A DNA stretch of 61,507 bases, the filler included, from Stramenopiles sp. TOSAG23-3 (lineage: Eukaryota), in the NCBI GenBank assembly GCA_900128585.1. It is 22 parts of 22 records of this genome, joined end to end, with 100 filler letters (N's around TTAATTAATTAA, not from the genome) between each part and the next. Parts side by side here need not be neighbours in the genome. Positions count along the whole stretch, not along the records: positions 56,037 to 58,722 come from LT644650.1; positions 58,823 to 61,507 come from LT644651.1; 20 more parts are not named here. One strand, written 5' to 3'. Under the pieces are notes generated by a model that was not told the DNA's origin, searched no databases, and saw nothing but the letters and a program-made list of their open reading frames with translations. The stretch's first letter is position 1; each line of letters opens with the position of its first letter. The translations under genes were made by a program, and so were the position numbers. Positions 56,619 to 61,507 of this stretch are shown here, piece by piece.

Positions 56619-57984
56619 TCACGCACTGGAGTATTGGTCGTTTTGCTGGGCGACCGCGGTGTGCATTACCGACAAGTCTTTCCCGGCAGCGTGGTACTTT
56701 TCATACACGTCGTGCGCCATTTTCGAGATGGTGGCAATCGGGATTCCTTTATCCATGGCATCCTGTACCCGGCCGCACATTACTTGCATTTTGTTGGCAT
56801 TTTCTACGTCGTGGGACCAGCACGAGATGGATTTCCCCCCAATGTCCATCGTCCCCGATACCACACACGGTGTCAAGGGAATGTCCAACGTGGCTTCTAT
56901 CTGTACGATGGTCTCCCCCCCGGAAACAGCGTCCCCGACCGCTACGGCGTCCGCTCGTACCAACTTGTCCGATTCGTCGTACAGCAAATGTTCCCCGGTC
57001 AAGACGACGGTGGCGCCGTCGGAGAACGTTAGGCGTAAATGGGGGACCAGCGTAAACCCGTGATTGCGTATGTACCACACGCTTTCCCATTCCCCGTCTT
57101 TCGTAAGAACTCGGTCGCCCACCTTCAAATGCTTCAACCGAATGGCGCCTCGGTCCGTCGACAACACATTTTCACTGCCCAAACAGCCGCCGCCGCCGCC
57201 GCCGGAGGAACGACACGCACTTCCTCCTGGGGTACCACACGGACAACTCCCCCCCCCTCTGATTTCGCAGTAGCACCAATTGGAGTGTTTGCATACCGAG
57301 TTAGTTCCAAGGTCGGCACCGCACGCACACCCAGACTGGCATTTATTCGCCGCTTTAGTAGTTGTAGCGTTGCCTGCCTTTCTTGTACCATAAGAAGTGT
57401 GGACGTCTCTGTTGAAGTAACACCCCACGGTACCAACGCCTGTTCTAGTGTCGTAGTCCAATTTATCCACGCACTTACGTTCCCCGTTCCCAGCCTTTGC
57501 CGGGCAAACTTTGTCACCCGGGCAGTCGCTGTCTTCTACGCATTCCATGCATCTCCCAGCACATTGTTTGCCCGAACTACATTTTTTCGAATTGCCGTCC
57601 GTGAAACCGTGCCCCGAACACCCCACGACCACGTTGAAAGAGTTTATAATGCGTCCATTCTCGAACAACGAGCCACACGTCCCGCCGTCGCAGTAATCGC
57701 CTTTTTTATCGGACCCGTCTGCGGGATTCAAGCAATCCTGGTCGTTGCAACATTCCGTCCAACACACCCTGTCGGACTCGCAGTAGTAGGCTTGCAACCA
57801 ATCCGCCCGTTTATCTTCGCACGTTCCGCCGCAACACCCGGTTCCCGGACTGCTTGCAGCACTCCGTCCTGCACGACTCGCCAAGGTACCGGTCCGACCC
57901 GCACTTGTCCGTCCAATTTGCATGGTCGTTGACTTGAAAGTCAAAGAACTTGCACACGTCGTCTTTGGTGCATGCCTTGCTCAT
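56619..57984 (-). CDS. Cys-rich protein with a C-terminal Hedgehog-type Hint domain; apparent frameshift near the 5' end
   Basis: GGGGG|CLGSE...LKVGDRVLT...VLTGEHLLY...AVGD...GTMDIGGKSISCWS. An upstream Cys-rich frame from the ATG at 57984 is out of register near 57845. Confidence 0.8.
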
Positions 57985-57986
57985 AG

Positions 57987-58607
57987 TACTTTTTTTATGT
58001 TATATGGTATAAAAAAAAGCCCCATGGCGGACTGTTCGGGACGTGTTGCAGATATTTACTCGGGGGAAATGTCAATCCAAACGATTGCCCAGGCAACATT
58101 CAAGGCGGTTCGTCGTGCTCGTGCCTGGGGGGGTGTGGGCCTTGTGACGAACCAAATGCCGCGACCAAAAACAACGCCGCCGCCGCAGAACCAACTATCG
58201 CCGCCCCGCCGCCAACGATTGGTCGGTTGAAGCAATGGCCACGGTTCAATTTTACCGCTCTGGATGCCAATTCCTCGGTGGACTCGTACGCGGACCGGCT
58301 CGCGCGCGGGCCATTCAAAGCCCCCTGCGATTTCATCGACTGCCCGGCGACCGTGGGGAATGTCCTCAAAGCAGTCGAGCCGACAATGAACACCATCTGC
58401 GACACGGTCGACTGCCACGCCATCGCCAAGAACGCCCTCGACAGGGCGGGGGTGCCCTTGTTGGCCGACCAAATCATTCGCGACGCAACCCCCGCGGTGC
58501 ACAAGGCACTTCGCCCGTACGCCCCGGTCGCGGTTGCCGTGCTCGTCGTTCTGTCGTTTTCTTTCTGCTGGAAAAAGAACAGCCATCAAGTCGCCAACCA
58601 CAAGTGA
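57987..58607 (+). CDS. Hypothetical small Cys-rich protein with a C-terminal TM segment (start uncertain)
   Basis: Open frame GTCCRY...CSCLGGCGPC...CDFIDC...CDTVDC...VAVAVLVVLSFSFC with no early in-frame ATG. Confidence 0.45.
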   Translation, partial: YFFYVIWYKKKPHGGLFGTCCRYLLGGNVNPNDCPGNIQGGSSCSCLGGCGPCDEPNAATKNNAAAAEPTIAAPPPTIGRLKQWPRFNFTALDANSSVDSYADRLARGPFKAPCDFIDCPATVGNVLKAVEPTMNTICDTVDCHAIAKNALDRAGVPLLADQIIRDATPAVHKALRPYAPVAVAVLVVLSFSFCWKKNSHQVANHK

Positions 58608-59030
58608 TGTATATGATGTTGAACAGGGACGTGGCACAAACAGTGCAGAAACAGATAGCATAGCACTGCCAGAGGTTCAAAGTAGCGAAATATACCGTTG
58701 GAACCCTGCGAGATCCAACGGTNNNNNNNNNNNNNNNNNNNNNNNNNNNNNNNNNNNNNNNNNNNNTTAATTAATTAANNNNNNNNNNNNNNNNNNNNNN
58801 NNNNNNNNNNNNNNNNNNNNNNGGGAGGTGGCAAAGAAAGAGGAAGAAGATATGATGGCTGCGTTTGACGAAGAGAGCGATGACGACGACGGTGGTGGTT
58901 GACGGTGGTGGTCGGGGCTGATGAATGTCTTTTTTATGAAATTTGCTAAAAGAGTTGACCGAATTTTAACTGTAAACAATATACATTAAGCTTTAACACG
59001 AAAAGTCTATTCATTTACTGTTCTTCTTTT

Positions 59031-60536
59031 TCATAGACGTAAGAAGCCAGCGCCAAATGCGCTTCTCGTTACGTTACTCTTTGGACTCGAGAATTCAGAA
59101 ACAAAATCTGACGCCGTTGATTTAAATACCCATTTGGCACCAACAGTCTTTCCTATTTGTTTGGCAAATTTTTTTCCTTGTTTTGAAATCTTTCTTAACG
59201 TCTGTATGTCCGATCTAAATTTCCCTTTCCAACGGATTCCAAACTGATCAAAAAATGGTGCAACAACCTTTGTATCAAGATTCAGAATTTTATCTAGACC
59301 GCTCATCAAAATAATCTCCAAAAAAGCACCTATTAAAGAAAAGGAATCTTCGACCATTCCAATTTTGCAAGTTTTGTCACAACTTTTCGCCACAATTGCA
59401 TTTTTTAAACGAATTGCTTTATGCCAAATGTATTGGCCTGAATAAAATAAACCCAGCATCATTCCGAAGTACTTAATAATCAATGGAACCACTGCCCACC
59501 CAATAGCAACCATTGCAATATTCAAAATAAGCATCACTGCAACTACTCCCATTACAACAACAAGCATTTTCGTAGCCGGGCAATTCCACATAAATTTTAA
59601 CCCTCGTTTTATTAATGCGGTGACCGAGCGAAGCATTTCTTTGATTGCACTTCTCAAAACTGTTCGACCTTCCAAGTTCCAAAGTTTTTTATGCGCACTC
59701 TTCATCGCAAACCACATACTTTTCGTCGTTTTGATCACACGTTTTAGACGCCTCGATAGATCATTTTTCCCGTTTTGGCATCGTTTATCTTCAAAGGCTT
59801 TTTTGAATTCATTCACAGATCCCGACAAAAATCCGTCAAGAAGACCAAACAAAGCTGGGCCAATAACGTCCGTAGCATCAAGAGCATTGTCAAGTTTTTT
59901 GGATTTGCGAAGAATTCTACCTAAATCAAGGGCCTTGCACTTGCATTCCTTTAAGCCACTAGTAGCGCATACGCATTCTCCCTTACATGGATTGTGAGGA
60001 TCTGATCGACATACACTTGTTTTCCTATAAAAATGCCCTCTGCCAAAAACGTTTTTTAAAACCTTTTTGCATTTACCTAACTTCTTAACAGTTGAGTTCA
60101 CACTGGAAATGCCGTTGTTGTGCTGAAGCACACTCATAGCCTTCTCCAGCAAAGAGGACACTTGCCCACGATGTGATCGAAGTTCTGCCTCGGTAAGGAG
60201 CCTGTCATATGGAATATGCTCCAATGCTTGTAGTTCTTCCAATACTGGACTATTCTCGAAACCAAAACCTTCCTTCAGGCTTTTATGTATCTCCTTCATC
60301 TCATAGGTTGCATATGCCTCCACGGTCATACCCTGACGGGTTTCTGTCTCTAAAAAACTACTGTCCAGCTCATCCAAGTTCGCCAGTTCCGTTAAGTCCT
60401 GAAGGGACTCTTGAAGTTCTACATTTTTCCTAAGAATTTTAGTTTGGCGAATATTGTTTGCAAGGGTGATCCCTTCATGCGACACTAGTAGCACCAAAAG
60501 AAATAGCGCTGCGCGATAGCTCTGACTTGTGTTCAT
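59031..60536 (-). CDS. Hypothetical secreted/membrane protein
   Basis: Signal peptide (AALFLLVLLVS), SSFLETE motif, Cys cluster and a long hydrophobic hairpin (MLVVVMGVVAVMLILNIAMVAIGWAVVPLII). Confidence 0.8.
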   Translation of the reverse strand: MNTSQSYRAALFLLVLLVSHEGITLANNIRQTKILRKNVELQESLQDLTELANLDELDSSFLETETRQGMTVEAYATYEMKEIHKSLKEGFGFENSPVLEELQALEHIPYDRLLTEAELRSHRGQVSSLLEKAMSVLQHNNGISSVNSTVKKLGKCKKVLKNVFGRGHFYRKTSVCRSDPHNPCKGECVCATSGLKECKCKALDLGRILRKSKKLDNALDATDVIGPALFGLLDGFLSGSVNEFKKAFEDKRCQNGKNDLSRRLKRVIKTTKSMWFAMKSAHKKLWNLEGRTVLRSAIKEMLRSVTALIKRGLKFMWNCPATKMLVVVMGVVAVMLILNIAMVAIGWAVVPLIIKYFGMMLGLFYSGQYIWHKAIRLKNAIVAKSCDKTCKIGMVEDSFSLIGAFLEIILMSGLDKILNLDTKVVAPFFDQFGIRWKGKFRSDIQTLRKISKQGKKFAKQIGKTVGAKWVFKSTASDFVSEFSSPKSNVTRSAFGAGFLRL

Positions 60537-61507
60537 GGTTGACACTTATGACATTTATTATTTGTGTCAATGTACACACAATCACGCTTTTTCTTTGCTA
60601 TGGGTAATCTCCTAGAATGATGTTTTCTAGCTATAGTAAATCGGCACGATATGCAAAGTAAGTAAGTGTATAGATCCATCTGAAAACATAACTTAAATAG
60701 AAGAGACGACTTTATAATACATATGTAGTAATGTAATAATAATAATGCATTTGCGTGTGTGGTGTATGTGGGTGTGTTATTTATTATATCTTTTCTGATG
60801 AATATATGAAGAATTTTATTATTATTTTATAATTACGATTATTATTTTTATTATTATTATTCCTCCATCCATCTTCTTTCTTCTCTGGTGGTGTTTTGTC
60901 GCCCAGGCCAGGCCCTCCTTCCTTCCTTCCTTCCTTCTATTCCTTCCTTCTCTTCCTCCCCTCCTTTTTTATTTTTTCCTCGTACCGGTACCAGGTACGA
61001 ACTTTCCTCATGTTCTTCTTCATCTAACTTGTGTTGTTGTATTATATGTGTATGTGTGTGAACCTTTTATTAATTAAAAAACTAGCAGGGACTTAGTGCT
61101 ACAAAAAATAACATTGAATAACAAAGAAAATGACGAAAACACTTAAAAATTTTAACCAAAAAAAAAAGTTCTATTTTTTTATTTTCACTCCTACTACGCA
61201 TTTATTTACAAGTACAAAAAATCCATTGAATTTTATTTATCGCAGAAAAACTTAAAAATATTACTCTCGGTTTCGGAGGCTTGGCCTTTTCCCCCACTCT
61301 TTGTTCCGGCCATATACACCTTTTAAATTAACAGCCAATTTTTTGTTTTTTATTAAAATTTATATTGCTAACTTGGCTCTGTTGTTTAACCAAATGCTTT
61401 CTATTTCGTGATGTGTTGTGTGTTGACATTAGCTGCTCCCCCCACTAAAAATTATCTGCAAGACCGTGAAAAACGTGATTGGCAGGCAGAACAGAAACAA
61501 GACCCCA

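Overview
This window is not one locus. It is 22 unrelated ~2.7-kb contigs, sorted by decreasing size (about 2718 down to 2685 bp) and joined by artificial 100-nt spacers (N44-TTAATTAATTAA-N44), so neighbourhood across spacers means nothing. The DNA is eukaryotic: intron-poor GC-rich genes, very AT-rich intergenic DNA with (TTC)n/(TTTC)n microsatellites, and flagellar genes. This fits a single-cell or metagenome-assembled genome of a flagellated protist; a stramenopile-like origin is only an inference. Recognisable genes include the alpha-tubulin C-terminus, CCDC151/ODAD3, PSMG3, EMC6, an EML protein, two SLC25 carriers, a Rab, an AI-2E transporter, DRG2, a DOMON-cytochrome b561 protein, RPL29, a Hint-domain protein and several Cys-rich surface proteins. 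The standout is a minus-strand tRNA-Gly(GCC) gene (44110->43971). It is split between tRNA positions 61 and 62 by a 69-nt insert with all the hallmarks of a spliceosomal intron (GTACGT...CTAAC...CAG). Removing the insert gives a fully paired 71-nt cloverleaf, and the Pol III B-box and a T6 terminator are intact.
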